From positions 1 through 29,331 of the IMG/VR virus record IMGVR_UViG_3300033076_001112: 29,331 bases of DNA; one strand, 5' to 3'. The notes below the pieces were generated by a model. The model was not told where the DNA came from and did not search any database. It worked only from the letters and a program-made list of their open reading frames with translations. Position 1 is the first letter of the stretch; each line of letters starts with the position of its first letter. Below are positions 8,294-18,303 of this stretch, piece by piece. The stretch is from a virus (lineage: Duplodnaviria > Caudoviricetes). The position numbers were made by a program, and so were the translations under genes.

Positions 8294-9637
8294 TTATAAT
8301 TCTGCGCCAGTAAATTCTATTTTCCCAGATGTACTAACAGATAATAATTGAGTTGTATCGCCTGCAACTAGCCCTGCCGCAACAGTGCCGCTTAGTGCAG
8401 CATATAATTTAGAAGCAGAGTTGAATATAAGCGTTAATATACCAACTCCTGACGCAGAGGCATTAGCAACATTGAAATGTGCTACATTGGAAATTGAAAC
8501 GCCTGTAAAAGAAACCCTTGGTTGTACTGGTAATCCAATATTAATCAAAAATGCCGTGCCACTTGTACATTGCCCACCTGCGATAAATGCGGAGGTGCTA
8601 TCAGATTTATAAACATATGAATATCTCTGACATAAAGCTAATTCTAATCCATAAGGACGCTGCTCATGCCATAACTCGCTAGCCGTTCCTGCAACTAAAT
8701 CAACATCCCCTATAATCCAAGTGCCAGAGGTTTGTGCGCCGACAGTAAATACTATTTCTATGCCTGTTGTCGCACCTACAGGTATAGAAATATCTGCATA
8801 GTATCTATTTATACTGTTAGTTACTGTAAAAGTGCCTGTGGCTATTTGCGTTCTAGTTGGTGAGGCTAAAGTTCCAAAACTATCTACACTATTGGCATAA
8901 TATGCTGTCCATGTTACATTCGTTAAAAGCGAGTTTGATAAATCAACAGCAAGCTTACAATTCCTACCATTCAAATCATAACAATTAGCAGCTTCAATTC
9001 TCTGACCGAAACCTATGGCTGTAACTGAAGCCGCTCCATTGAATTGATAACGATTTTTGCTATAAGAAGAGCCATTTATTTGTTGTCCCGTGACATTCGC
9101 TCCAGTACAATATCCGTACCACCTATCAACGCAGTAAGCTAATGCTGCTCCCGTTGTAAAAGTTTGTAAACCTCCACTATTGCGTTGGTCTATCTGCATC
9201 CCGCCATTAATAATCCGATTACGAAACCCAGCAAGTTGCCCGCTATTAATTTGAGAAAGAATAATAGTCTTGTTGGTTAAAGTTTGTGGTGCGGTTAAGC
9301 CAACTATCTGCTCTTGGATATTGGCAGGGTCATAAATAGATTTAGTCATGTCACCAGTAGCAGTAGTAGATGTTATATTATCAGAGCTTAAATGCGGCTG
9401 TAATACACCAGAAGAATTATAAACTTGAATATTATATGTACCTGAAATCCATATAGATGCAATACCAGTAGAATCTAATATAATAGGATTTGCCGCAGCT
9501 ACTGTACCAGTTGAATCGGTATAGGTTGCTTTAGGTGTAGTTGTACCTGCGTTATAAGTATAAACTTTACCGCCTGATAATGGTAGTCCATTAACATCAA
9601 CGAAGTAATTAAACGGGGCTTGTAGTAAATATGCCAT
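8294..9637 (-). CDS. Tail fibre/spike with virion-binding N-terminus
   Basis: YFVDVNGLPLSGGKVYTYNAGTTTPKATYTD...NPIILDS anchor; FRNRIINGGMQIDQR and ELALCQRY motifs common in tail fibres. Confidence 0.82.
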   Translation of the reverse strand: MAYLLQAPFNYFVDVNGLPLSGGKVYTYNAGTTTPKATYTDSTGTVAAANPIILDSTGIASIWISGTYNIQVYNSSGVLQPHLSSDNITSTTATGDMTKSIYDPANIQEQIVGLTAPQTLTNKTIILSQINSGQLAGFRNRIINGGMQIDQRNSGGLQTFTTGAALAYCVDRWYGYCTGANVTGQQINGSSYSKNRYQFNGAASVTAIGFGQRIEAANCYDLNGRNCKLAVDLSNSLLTNVTWTAYYANSVDSFGTLASPTRTQIATGTFTVTNSINRYYADISIPVGATTGIEIVFTVGAQTSGTWIIGDVDLVAGTASELWHEQRPYGLELALCQRYSYVYKSDSTSAFIAGGQCTSGTAFLINIGLPVQPRVSFTGVSISNVAHFNVANASASGVGILTLIFNSASKLYAALSGTVAAGLVAGDTTQLLSVSTSGKIEFTGAEL

Positions 9638-11710
9638 TTATTTTGTTCCTCCAAATAATGATTGCATTAGTGCATTGCCTACTTCGCCTCTTTGATATTT
9701 TTCACCTTTAGCCATAGCTAAATCTTTCGCTTTTTGCTCTGCATCTAAAACAAGTTTTTTAATATTCAGTGTATCAGATTGATATTGTGCCCAAGCCTTA
9801 TCTTGCTGCTCTTGAATAATTTTTTGCTTATCAGATTCAAGTTTATCATAGAATTTATTGTTTTGCTGCTTAACAAACTGTTCTTGTGCTGCTCGCCCAT
9901 CTGGGGTTTGTAAATTAGGTTTATTTTTATTAATGTAAGCCTCAAATGCAGAATTAGCTTCTTCTGGAGACATTTTTTCCAAATCTTTTAAGTTTTCTGT
10001 AGGTCTACGATAAACACTACGCCCTAAAACATCAAGCTCCGCACTTGTAGCAGTAAATCCTTTTGGCGATACTTCATAAGTTGGTGCTGGTAATAAACCT
10101 GCGGGAGTAAAAGGCTTCTGTGCTGCTGCTTTTTTGGCTTGGAAGGCTGCTTTTAATTGTTCTTCTGCGGTCTGCATAATTGGTGGTAAATCGTTTATAG
10201 TTTTTATTCCACCCTTTGCTCCTAGTATGCTTTCTGCTACTTTTCTGGATTTTCCAGAAGCAAATTCTGAAGCACCTTTACGAGACAATGCGCCAAGTCC
10301 ATAGCCCGCCAAAGCACCCCCAACATCGCCACTTATTCCACCTGTTAAAGATGATATTAAACGGCTACCCATAGTACGAAGGAAATCCTCCGTAGCCCCT
10401 GTTTGTGCCGCTTTCTTGATTAAAAAAGCACTCTGTGGATTTAGGCTTTCAAAAACTTTCATTCTTGAAGGGCTTTTTGCTAATGTTCTATAGTAATTCG
10501 TGCGTGCAGTACTTTCATTTGGGTACATTGTCGCAAATTCTTCTGCCCTTTTTACTTCATTAAGTGCCGCTTGGCGTTGCCATTCAACCTTTGCAATTTT
10601 CAAAGCATCTAATCCGCTACGCCCACCAACAATTTCTTTTTCTCCTAAATTGTCAACTAGGTTTGCAAACTTACTTTGTAATTGTGCAATAGCTCTTCCA
10701 GTTGCGTCAACCTGCCCAGAACGAGGGTCAATAGTTTTCATATAGGCATCACCTAACGAACTATTCACCTTCTGCAAATCATCTAAATTCCAATTCTCAT
10801 TCCCATTTGGTTTATAGGTATCAATAATTGATAGGATTTGCTTATCAGTATCAGTATATTTACCATTTGGTAGAGGTCGCGGGGTTATTTCATCTATTGC
10901 AGATTGCCATTTAGGATTGAATGCTTCATTGACTACTGCGCCTCTTCTTGTAGCTTCCTTGAACAATTCAGACGCATTATCACGAACCGCTTGAACTTCT
11001 GGTATTTCAGGTTTTGGCGTAGCGTTTGCTACAGTATTTTCAACCGTTCTCCCAAAAGGTGAGGATTGTAATTTTTGCACAACATAATTTGCAGAATTGC
11101 TTACAGCATCCTTTGCGCCTTGGGGGATATATTCAGCAGCTTTAGCAACGGCTGGTCGTGCTAACCTTCCTGCCCCTTCAATAGCTTTCCCGCCTGCTGT
11201 GGTTAAGGCAGCATCCAATACAGCATTCCCTAGGCGGTTTTCATCTTTTGCTTGCCCACCAGTTAAACCAGAAACAGCACCATAAGCAGGAAGCGCAAAC
11301 TTCCCTATCTTCCCAAAAGGGATAACATTAAGAGGGTCAGCTAATCCGCTAACAATAGCCCCGCTAACACCAGTACCTTTTGCTGCTTCCGTATTCCCAG
11401 CAACCGCTCTTTGTGATGCTTGTTTGAATTGTTCAGGTGATACACCAAATGCTTTATTTATTGGCAAGCCAATATCTTGAGCTGATTGCAATAATCCAAT
11501 GCCACGATTTGCTATTGCTTCACCACCTGCATTCGCCAAACCTTCAAAATACCCTTGCTCTTGCAGTTTTGCTCCTTGTGTTGGTTGTGAAGTTTGATTT
11601 TCTGATAAATGCTGCTCAATCAGTGACTGTGCATTTTCCGCAGTCGTGCCTTCGGGGACTTCAAAGCGTCCTATCCTTCCATCTGGCATTTCAAAGCGTG
11701 CTATTGGCAT
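9638..11710 (-). CDS. DNA ejection/internal virion protein (P22 gp16 position)
   Basis: Large helical Ala/Gly-rich protein in the syntenic position. Confidence 0.65.
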   Translation of the reverse strand: MPIARFEMPDGRIGRFEVPEGTTAENAQSLIEQHLSENQTSQPTQGAKLQEQGYFEGLANAGGEAIANRGIGLLQSAQDIGLPINKAFGVSPEQFKQASQRAVAGNTEAAKGTGVSGAIVSGLADPLNVIPFGKIGKFALPAYGAVSGLTGGQAKDENRLGNAVLDAALTTAGGKAIEGAGRLARPAVAKAAEYIPQGAKDAVSNSANYVVQKLQSSPFGRTVENTVANATPKPEIPEVQAVRDNASELFKEATRRGAVVNEAFNPKWQSAIDEITPRPLPNGKYTDTDKQILSIIDTYKPNGNENWNLDDLQKVNSSLGDAYMKTIDPRSGQVDATGRAIAQLQSKFANLVDNLGEKEIVGGRSGLDALKIAKVEWQRQAALNEVKRAEEFATMYPNESTARTNYYRTLAKSPSRMKVFESLNPQSAFLIKKAAQTGATEDFLRTMGSRLISSLTGGISGDVGGALAGYGLGALSRKGASEFASGKSRKVAESILGAKGGIKTINDLPPIMQTAEEQLKAAFQAKKAAAQKPFTPAGLLPAPTYEVSPKGFTATSAELDVLGRSVYRRPTENLKDLEKMSPEEANSAFEAYINKNKPNLQTPDGRAAQEQFVKQQNNKFYDKLESDKQKIIQEQQDKAWAQYQSDTLNIKKLVLDAEQKAKDLAMAKGEKYQRGEVGNALMQSLFGGTK

Positions 11711-12792
11711 TATTCAAATCCTAAAAATTTTACACCAGTTGATGATTGTGATGGTTGCTGCCCAACCCTTCTTCGTAGAGATTGGATAGTTTGTTTTTTC
11801 TGGTCAATAAAAGTAGAAAGTATTGCATCTTTTTCTTCTGGTGATTTGTTAGGGTCTCCAAGAGTACCTATTAATTGCTCACCTTCTCTAGCGGTAAATT
11901 GCGCTCCAAAGGTTTGACGAAGCTGTGGCAAAAGAACATTTCTTACTGTTGCTTCATAATCAGCACGAGCTTTCATGCCTTCAGTTACCATCCCAGCTTG
12001 GCGTACCACAGCATCACGAGCTTGCCCTGCATAAGTATAGGTAGCTTTTTTCCCTAAATCACTTAATCTTTGAGTGGTGTATTCTAACTGTGGAAGCGAA
12101 GCTTCCGCATCAGACAACCTATTTTGCTCTTCAGCTTGAGATTTCCCTGTTTCTGCACCACTGGCTTTTGCATTAGAAAGCTCAGCTTGGGCAGCGGGGT
12201 TTGTTTCAATAGCTGTTTTATACCCAGCAACTGTTTGATTTGGCTGCTTTGCAGGTACTCCTATCTTTGGTGCACCATACTTTGCATCAGCAGCAGCTTG
12301 AACATCATCTGGTTGTGGAGTGAATAAAGCGTCAAAATTATTATCCGATGGTTGTGGCATAACATTAACTTGTGGATTTGCGGGAGTTGAAGATGCGGGC
12401 TGAGGTGGTGTGCCACCCATTCCGCCATATCCAAAACCTGTAACATCCCCTGTCGCTGTTCCTGCTCTCAACGCCATTTGTTGCTGTTGAAGCATTGCAG
12501 AAAGTTGAGCAGTTGGGGTCGCGCCAGCAAAACGGAGGCGATTAACAACATCTGGATTAAATTCATTTGGTAATACGGATGTATCAATACCATTTTTTTG
12601 TGCATAAGCGCGAGCATGGTCATAAGTGCCTTGGTCAACTGAATTATTACCCACAATTTGCCCTAATAAACCTAACTGTTTAGCATGAGCTTCTAGTTGT
12701 GCCGCCTGTTTCTTCTGCTGAAACTCCTCCTCAGCACGAGCATAATCGTCATAAGACTTGAGTTTATCAAAAACATTTACATCTATTGCCAT
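11710..12792 (-). CDS. DNA ejection protein (P22 gp20 position)
   Basis: Gln/Ala-rich, syntenic position. Confidence 0.62.
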   Translation of the reverse strand: MAIDVNVFDKLKSYDDYARAEEEFQQKKQAAQLEAHAKQLGLLGQIVGNNSVDQGTYDHARAYAQKNGIDTSVLPNEFNPDVVNRLRFAGATPTAQLSAMLQQQQMALRAGTATGDVTGFGYGGMGGTPPQPASSTPANPQVNVMPQPSDNNFDALFTPQPDDVQAAADAKYGAPKIGVPAKQPNQTVAGYKTAIETNPAAQAELSNAKASGAETGKSQAEEQNRLSDAEASLPQLEYTTQRLSDLGKKATYTYAGQARDAVVRQAGMVTEGMKARADYEATVRNVLLPQLRQTFGAQFTAREGEQLIGTLGDPNKSPEEKDAILSTFIDQKKQTIQSLRRRVGQQPSQSSTGVKFLGFE

Positions 12793-12799
12793 ATTCTAC

Positions 12800-13966
12800 C
12801 TATGATGATAAAGGATTTCCATAACCACTTATAGGGTTACGCCCAGCTAATAATCTAGCTAGTGAGTTATTAATAAGATTCGAAGTTGCTATCTGTGAAC
12901 CAGCTTTTGCACTTCCAATTGAGGTCGTTAAATCAGCCGCAGTGTTAGCTGCGCCCTGACCAGCGTTTGAAGTACCAGACAGCATACCATATGTATTTTG
13001 CTGACCTTGCAGCCAGCGTTGGTATGCATTGTTATAAGTGTTATCAGCCAAACCTTGCCCAAAGGTTTCTGCATCCTTTAATGCTTGACCTGAGAAATAA
13101 TTTCCTCTTGATGATTGCTGTCTGTCTAATGCTTGGCTGCCTTGATTTAGGTTAAATTGGTATCCTGGGTCTTGCGTTAAATCTCCAGCATCAAAAGTCC
13201 CTCCAAGCGTACCATTTTGTAATGCGGTTGATAGTTGTTGGTTAGCTGCTTGACCTGTTGCTTGATATGGTGCTAATAATGCCTGCGCTTTTCTTTCAGC
13301 ATCCGTCAAATTACCTAAAGCTTGTTTGTTAGAGTAAAGTCCATACCCTGCCCCGAGAAGAGAACCTACTCCTGAACCGCCACCGCCAAAAATAGAAGAG
13401 CCTCCACCGCTTATAACGTTTGGAACTCCAGCCCCTGCCTTCGATAAAAACCCAACATCAGATGGCGAAAACCCTTGAGATGATAATGCGGCTTTATTCA
13501 AAAAGCTATTATCTGCCGATGTTGTTCCTGCGGATGAACCGATGAATGGATTTAGCCCACTCAATGATGATAATTCGCTTCCTATACTGTCAGTTAAGCC
13601 AGAAGTGCCGAGCAAAGAACCTAAACTTCCAGTTGAGCTTGTTCCTGTACCTATTAGATTTCCTGTTGTGTTACCTAAAAAGCTAGATGTTTGAGGTGCT
13701 ATCTGTGAAAATCCTCCATTGGATAAATACCCACCAGCACCACCAAGCGCAGCCCCTTTTAAAGCCCCCTTAAACCCTCCACCAGTTAATGCACCACCAG
13801 CACCACCAGCCACAGCACCACCCAAGCCAGCAGCCGCAGCCTCGCTAAGACCTAAACCAAGCCCACTACTTAATGCAGTGCCTAGACCAGGGGCAACAGC
13901 TGTTGCCAGAATAGGCAGAGCGATTTTAGCAATTGGATTTCTAAATATCTTTTTAAACCAACCCAT
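12800..13966 (-). CDS. DNA ejection/transfer protein (P22 gp7-like)
   Basis: Gly-rich hydrophobic N-terminus, LAPYQ..G and DPGYQF..QG motifs. Confidence 0.75.
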   Translation of the reverse strand: MGWFKKIFRNPIAKIALPILATAVAPGLGTALSSGLGLGLSEAAAAGLGGAVAGGAGGALTGGGFKGALKGAALGGAGGYLSNGGFSQIAPQTSSFLGNTTGNLIGTGTSSTGSLGSLLGTSGLTDSIGSELSSLSGLNPFIGSSAGTTSADNSFLNKAALSSQGFSPSDVGFLSKAGAGVPNVISGGGSSIFGGGGSGVGSLLGAGYGLYSNKQALGNLTDAERKAQALLAPYQATGQAANQQLSTALQNGTLGGTFDAGDLTQDPGYQFNLNQGSQALDRQQSSRGNYFSGQALKDAETFGQGLADNTYNNAYQRWLQGQQNTYGMLSGTSNAGQGAANTAADLTTSIGSAKAGSQIATSNLINNSLARLLAGRNPISGYGNPLSS

Positions 13967-13975
13967 AATAAACTC

Positions 13976-14410
13976 CTATTTTGCTTCACAAATTCCAATA
14001 ATTGTTAAAGGCACTGTTACACCTGTCCATGCAGGCACATAAACCCGATTAGTAGCACTGTCATACATCCCTGCATTTGTTCCGAGCAATCCAGATACAG
14101 CAAAGCAAATTCCGTTTGCTGTAGCTCTTACTGGCATGTTGTCTATATAAGTTGTTCCAGCTACTGATGTTGTGCTGGTACTCGGCACAATATGGATTCG
14201 AAAGAATGATATTGCGTCACTTAATTTATAGACTTTGCCTGTTATTGTTGGTGTTCCGACTGTTGTTAGACTCGTGAATGTTGGTGTCCAATCCGTTCCT
14301 GCGTCACCTTGAAACACATGATTAAAGAACAAAATCCATGGCATTGATGCCTTCCCGTTATCATCAGATATTTGCTGATAAATAGGTGGGGCGGCTATTT
14401 TTCCTGTCAT
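13976..14410 (-). CDS. Tail-associated structural protein
   Basis: Follows gp10-like gene; PWILFF and WTPTF motifs, beta-rich. Confidence 0.6.
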   Translation of the reverse strand: MTGKIAAPPIYQQISDDNGKASMPWILFFNHVFQGDAGTDWTPTFTSLTTVGTPTITGKVYKLSDAISFFRIHIVPSTSTTSVAGTTYIDNMPVRATANGICFAVSGLLGTNAGMYDSATNRVYVPAWTGVTVPLTIIGICEAK

Positions 14411-15807
14411 TTTAAATAGCTTCCTATCAAAACCCTTTTTACAGGGTCGGATATTCTAATTTTAAAAGTCCAGTCAAATGCTAGTCCAAGCCTGCGCCAA
14501 ACTGCCCTTGCTTTATACTTGCCGATTGCTCCGAATGTTGTTTCATAACCACCTGAGTAAGTCCTCCCACCATCACGAGAAATCCATAAAGTTATCTTAG
14601 GAAGCTGCCCATTCCCAGATTGCAAGCCAATACCAGTCTCCATGGCTATTTCTAGCTGGTTAAATTTTAACCTCTGGTTTTCTTGGCTTATATGTGTGTA
14701 AATTCTCTCTGATACTATAGGACTTCCATCATCATCATAATAATCATGTGACATTTCATATATTTTACCATTTAACCTTGAGCCCACTAATAATTTATTA
14801 AATCCATAAATTACACATGAAGCTAAATGCTGTTCAAATTGTCCATAAACATTAAGATATGACTTTTCAAACCATACTTTGGTAGAAATATCATAAACCA
14901 AGGTGGTACTCATGCCTCCGCCTGTTATTTCATAGAATACATGACCATCTTTTTGATATGTGTGTGCCCGAAGTGTTGACGGGGTTGGCGCAGATTGTAG
15001 TAACAGCTCAATAGCATTTGTAGATATTCTTTGTGGGCTAAATCCATTCGCTCTATAAACTATACCAGCCCCATAATTGTCACGCCCTACCCAAAATATT
15101 GAGTTATCAACTGCAACCGCAGTATATGGTGCGAGTATGCCAGTCTCCATCTTTGCACCTGATATACGCTCAAATGGGAATGCTGAAGCACCTGTATTTG
15201 TCCAAATTTCTGTCGTCTTTGAGCCAAACAACCACAATTGTCCAACTGCAAGGATTGCTCTTAAAAGCTCATCTGGTGATGATTCAGCCGTAGCAAAATC
15301 TAATGCTCCCCAGCTTGCCCCATCATATAATTTTGATATGTAAAATGAACCACTGGATAGTTTATTTACTACGAAATATCCATCTATAAAACTTAATGCG
15401 CCACAAGCTGGCAAATCTGCATCTGTCACTTTAGCAAATACATTCGTTGCATAAGTAAACATATATAGCAAACTGCCGTCGCAAATTCCAAGCTGAAAAG
15501 GGTTTTCGTCAATAGTAACAATCCCTGACGTGCTATCAAGAGTGCCTCTAAGTGTAGTAGTTCCGTTTGAGTTTAACTCATATAGACCAGAATTTGAAAC
15601 AAAGAACACGCGCCCATTAGATGCCGTAAAGCCGCCCCTAACATCGCCAACACCACAGGTTGAAAATAATCCTAACCCCATAGTTCCGTATAGTGCTGAA
15701 ACTTCTTTACCATTTTGTGACATGACAGGATAAAAATTAACTGTTCGCTCAGAATCAAGTGGTAAACTTCTTTCCTGATTAGAGCTGCCAACAAGGTTAA
15801 TCTTCAT
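14407..15807 (-). CDS. Packaged DNA stabilization/tail hub protein (P22 gp10-like)
   Basis: FIDGYFV, FATAESSPD, ISRDGG, RAVWRRLG motifs; 466 aa. Confidence 0.9.
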   Translation of the reverse strand: MKINLVGSSNQERSLPLDSERTVNFYPVMSQNGKEVSALYGTMGLGLFSTCGVGDVRGGFTASNGRVFFVSNSGLYELNSNGTTTLRGTLDSTSGIVTIDENPFQLGICDGSLLYMFTYATNVFAKVTDADLPACGALSFIDGYFVVNKLSSGSFYISKLYDGASWGALDFATAESSPDELLRAILAVGQLWLFGSKTTEIWTNTGASAFPFERISGAKMETGILAPYTAVAVDNSIFWVGRDNYGAGIVYRANGFSPQRISTNAIELLLQSAPTPSTLRAHTYQKDGHVFYEITGGGMSTTLVYDISTKVWFEKSYLNVYGQFEQHLASCVIYGFNKLLVGSRLNGKIYEMSHDYYDDDGSPIVSERIYTHISQENQRLKFNQLEIAMETGIGLQSGNGQLPKITLWISRDGGRTYSGGYETTFGAIGKYKARAVWRRLGLAFDWTFKIRISDPVKRVLIGSYLK

Positions 15808-16496
15808 GAGAAATAGCCAGTGTAAATGTTCTGTGTGTTAATATTAGAAGGCAGTAATGGCATAGGTATATTTGAAGCGGTTGCCCTTTTCACCGCACCA
15901 AGTGCCATTTGAGCTTGTTTAATAACTATATTAGAAGGCTCAACTCCATATTGCGGAGCAAGTTCTATTGCTAGATTATATTTGATTGCCTTGATAAACC
16001 CAACAGGTAAATCTACTGTATCAGTGAGTGCTGTATAAGTCCCTAATGGCTTATTGCTTTGAAGATATAGAGTACCATTTAAGGTCGCAGGGTAGAATTT
16101 AATAGTGCCTAATGGATACCCATTATCATATGTCATAAACTGTGGTATGGTAGATGTTAATGACTTTAGAGAAACATATTTCTGATACTGTACTTGTGAA
16201 ATCGCTTCGACTGGGTAGTCAATGTTTCCAACACGAATAACGCTATCGACAATATTAATTGGTCGGGTAGTGTTGAACTGACCACCACTTCCTATAGTAT
16301 AAGAAATGCCGCCAGTTAAAGTAAAGGTTTCTAATGCAGAAGAATAAGTAATTAAATCATCATTCGACCAACTATTGAGCATATCATTAAGCGCAGCTAA
16401 TCCATCAGATGCCTCATCAGCGTCAAGTGCTTCAGACTTGAAAACTACACCGATTAATTTTGCTGCGCCTAAGATACACTCAAGAGTTGTTGTCAT
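15804..16496 (-). CDS. Head-tail adaptor (P22 gp4-like)
   Basis: DGLAALNDMLNSW and AIKYNLAIELAPQYG motifs. Confidence 0.85.
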   Translation of the reverse strand: MTTTLECILGAAKLIGVVFKSEALDADEASDGLAALNDMLNSWSNDDLITYSSALETFTLTGGISYTIGSGGQFNTTRPINIVDSVIRVGNIDYPVEAISQVQYQKYVSLKSLTSTIPQFMTYDNGYPLGTIKFYPATLNGTLYLQSNKPLGTYTALTDTVDLPVGFIKAIKYNLAIELAPQYGVEPSNIVIKQAQMALGAVKRATASNIPMPLLPSNINTQNIYTGYFS

Positions 16497-16497
16497 A

Positions 16498-17001
16498 TTA
16501 ACCTATTTTAGCAACAGAAAGATGTGAGCCTACAAGGATACTAGTAGCAGCAGCATTAGACACATTTTGTGCAAATTGAACTTGAATTGTTCCTGCTGTG
16601 CTTACAGTAAATATTCCTTCTATGATTGTATTAATAACAGCCGCCGTACTACCGATAATTGTAGTTGCATCAGTTGTTGATGTAATATTCGCCACTGCAA
16701 CAGCAGAAGCTGTCAATGCTCTACCAACTAGATTTACAGATGAAAGCATGGACGCCGTGCCTTGTTTCAATGCTACTTTAATACCTCCAGCAGCGTTGGC
16801 AGTTGTAATCAGATTTGCATAAATATAATAAGTTCCAACAGGCAAACTCTCAGTTACGAGACCTGTAGCATTCACTAATGCAACACTTGAAGTAACATCA
16901 ATCTGCGTAGATACAGATGAAAAATCTTCAAAATTATCATTTATTATTTTTCTCGTATCTGCGGTGAAAGCACCCTCAAATTTAACTATATTTTTAGTCA
17001 T
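16498..17001 (-). CDS. virion structural protein, possible capsid decoration or fibre
   Basis: Beta-rich, GTIQVQFAQNVS motif, immediately after coat gene. Confidence 0.6.
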   Translation of the reverse strand: MTKNIVKFEGAFTADTRKIINDNFEDFSSVSTQIDVTSSVALVNATGLVTESLPVGTYYIYANLITTANAAGGIKVALKQGTASMLSSVNLVGRALTASAVAVANITSTTDATTIIGSTAAVINTIIEGIFTVSTAGTIQVQFAQNVSNAAATSILVGSHLSVAKIG

Positions 17002-17014
17002 ATAAAATCCCTTT

Positions 17015-17043
17015 AAAAAAAGGGGTGGTTTTTATCCCACCCC
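17015..17043 (-). terminator. Rho-independent terminator after coat gene
   Basis: GGGGTGG/CCACCCC stem followed by 7 U on minus strand. Confidence 0.85.
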
Positions 17044-17050
17044 AGTTAAA

Positions 17051-18286
17051 CTATGATACGATTTTGCATGCCCATTCTGGACGGTCAGCCGCTAGACCAC
17101 CCAAGAAGTCCATACGAGTTACCATCTTACGAGTTAGGTTGTCCCAAGCGCGCACTATAGAAACTGTAACACCATCAACAGATGATTGCTCTGCAAATTC
17201 CACCGCTTTCGGCATTACAAGAGGCACTGAAACCATACGGAAAGCATTTTTGTGGAATGCTAGGGTATTGGTATAAGAAGTAGAAGCCGAACCAACCAAA
17301 GTAACAGATGAGGTTGAAGTTGGGAACGCACTTATATTCTGTAGTCCTTTTGAAGCTGAAGTATAGAATGCAGGGCTGATTGCAACTGAGCTATAAGCAC
17401 CACCAGAAGCAGTGTTATTCGCAGTTACAACGAACTGTTGTAAGAATGGATATTGCTGCTTAGTAATTGGATGCACAGCGTAAACATTTGCAATGGTGAA
17501 TACATCACCTGCTACTAGAGTTTGTGCACCAGTACCAGTTAGGTTGATAGTTGATTGACCCTCAGCAGAAACTGTGGTTGTAACTGTAATTGCACCAGTT
17601 GCAGTGCCGCGAGTATGAACAGGAACAAGCTCATTTTCAAACCATGAGAAGCCATCTGCTTTACCTACAAAACCTTCTTCGTACTGCTTGCCAATTTCGC
17701 TTGCAGATTGGAAAAGACCCTTGCGACTATTAACCGCAGAACGACCAGCAGTGCTATCAAGCAACAAGAAACGATTTGAATCTTTTGGTGCAAGATATTT
17801 GCTCATCTTTTCTTTTGCAGACAAAACAGTGTCAACATCATAAGTTGTTGAGCCAGCAGTACCAACGGTATTGTAAACTGCGTTTTTAGCCTTTACTAGC
17901 ATTTGTTTTTCAACATCTTGTGCAATAGAAGAAACAGCAGGTTCAACAACACGCTTTACAAGGTTTTTAATCTGAATTTCAGATGCAAATTGCAAAGATG
18001 TGATGTTAACGCCAACAGTAGAAATAATATCCAAAGTAAGCGGAGTTTTTTCTTCAACAATATCCTGTTGGGTTGATGTTATATCAAAAGTGTTTTGTGG
18101 AATAAACCGAGCTGGTTTAGAGATATAAATTGTATCACCTGCGCCATACCCATTTGCGCCATCATAATCTGTTTCATCAGCACGAGCGATGCTCTTACCG
18201 AATTGTAGTTGGTCAGCAAGCATTTTTGCTGCGATTTTGGTTACTATACCACCAGTCGATTTGACTGTATTAAATGTATTAGCCAT
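17051..18286 (-). CDS. Major capsid protein (P22 coat gp5 family)
   Basis: GDTIYISKP, AGDVFTIANVYAVHP, AFHKNAF, RMDFLGG...RPEWAC motifs; 411 aa. Confidence 0.93.
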   Translation of the reverse strand: MANTFNTVKSTGGIVTKIAAKMLADQLQFGKSIARADETDYDGANGYGAGDTIYISKPARFIPQNTFDITSTQQDIVEEKTPLTLDIISTVGVNITSLQFASEIQIKNLVKRVVEPAVSSIAQDVEKQMLVKAKNAVYNTVGTAGSTTYDVDTVLSAKEKMSKYLAPKDSNRFLLLDSTAGRSAVNSRKGLFQSASEIGKQYEEGFVGKADGFSWFENELVPVHTRGTATGAITVTTTVSAEGQSTINLTGTGAQTLVAGDVFTIANVYAVHPITKQQYPFLQQFVVTANNTASGGAYSSVAISPAFYTSASKGLQNISAFPTSTSSVTLVGSASTSYTNTLAFHKNAFRMVSVPLVMPKAVEFAEQSSVDGVTVSIVRAWDNLTRKMVTRMDFLGGLAADRPEWACKIVS

Positions 18287-18303
18287 GGAACTATTCCTTT
18301 ATG

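Noticed and set aside
5064-9637. Diversity-generating retroelement or invertible tail-fibre cassette
   Set aside because: No reverse transcriptase, TR/VR pair or flanking inverted repeats seen; all fibre genes are on one strand
16498-17053. Coat protein C-terminal extension by readthrough or frameshift
   Set aside because: Would need TAG readthrough plus a frame change across a terminator; the T-run is explained by the terminator
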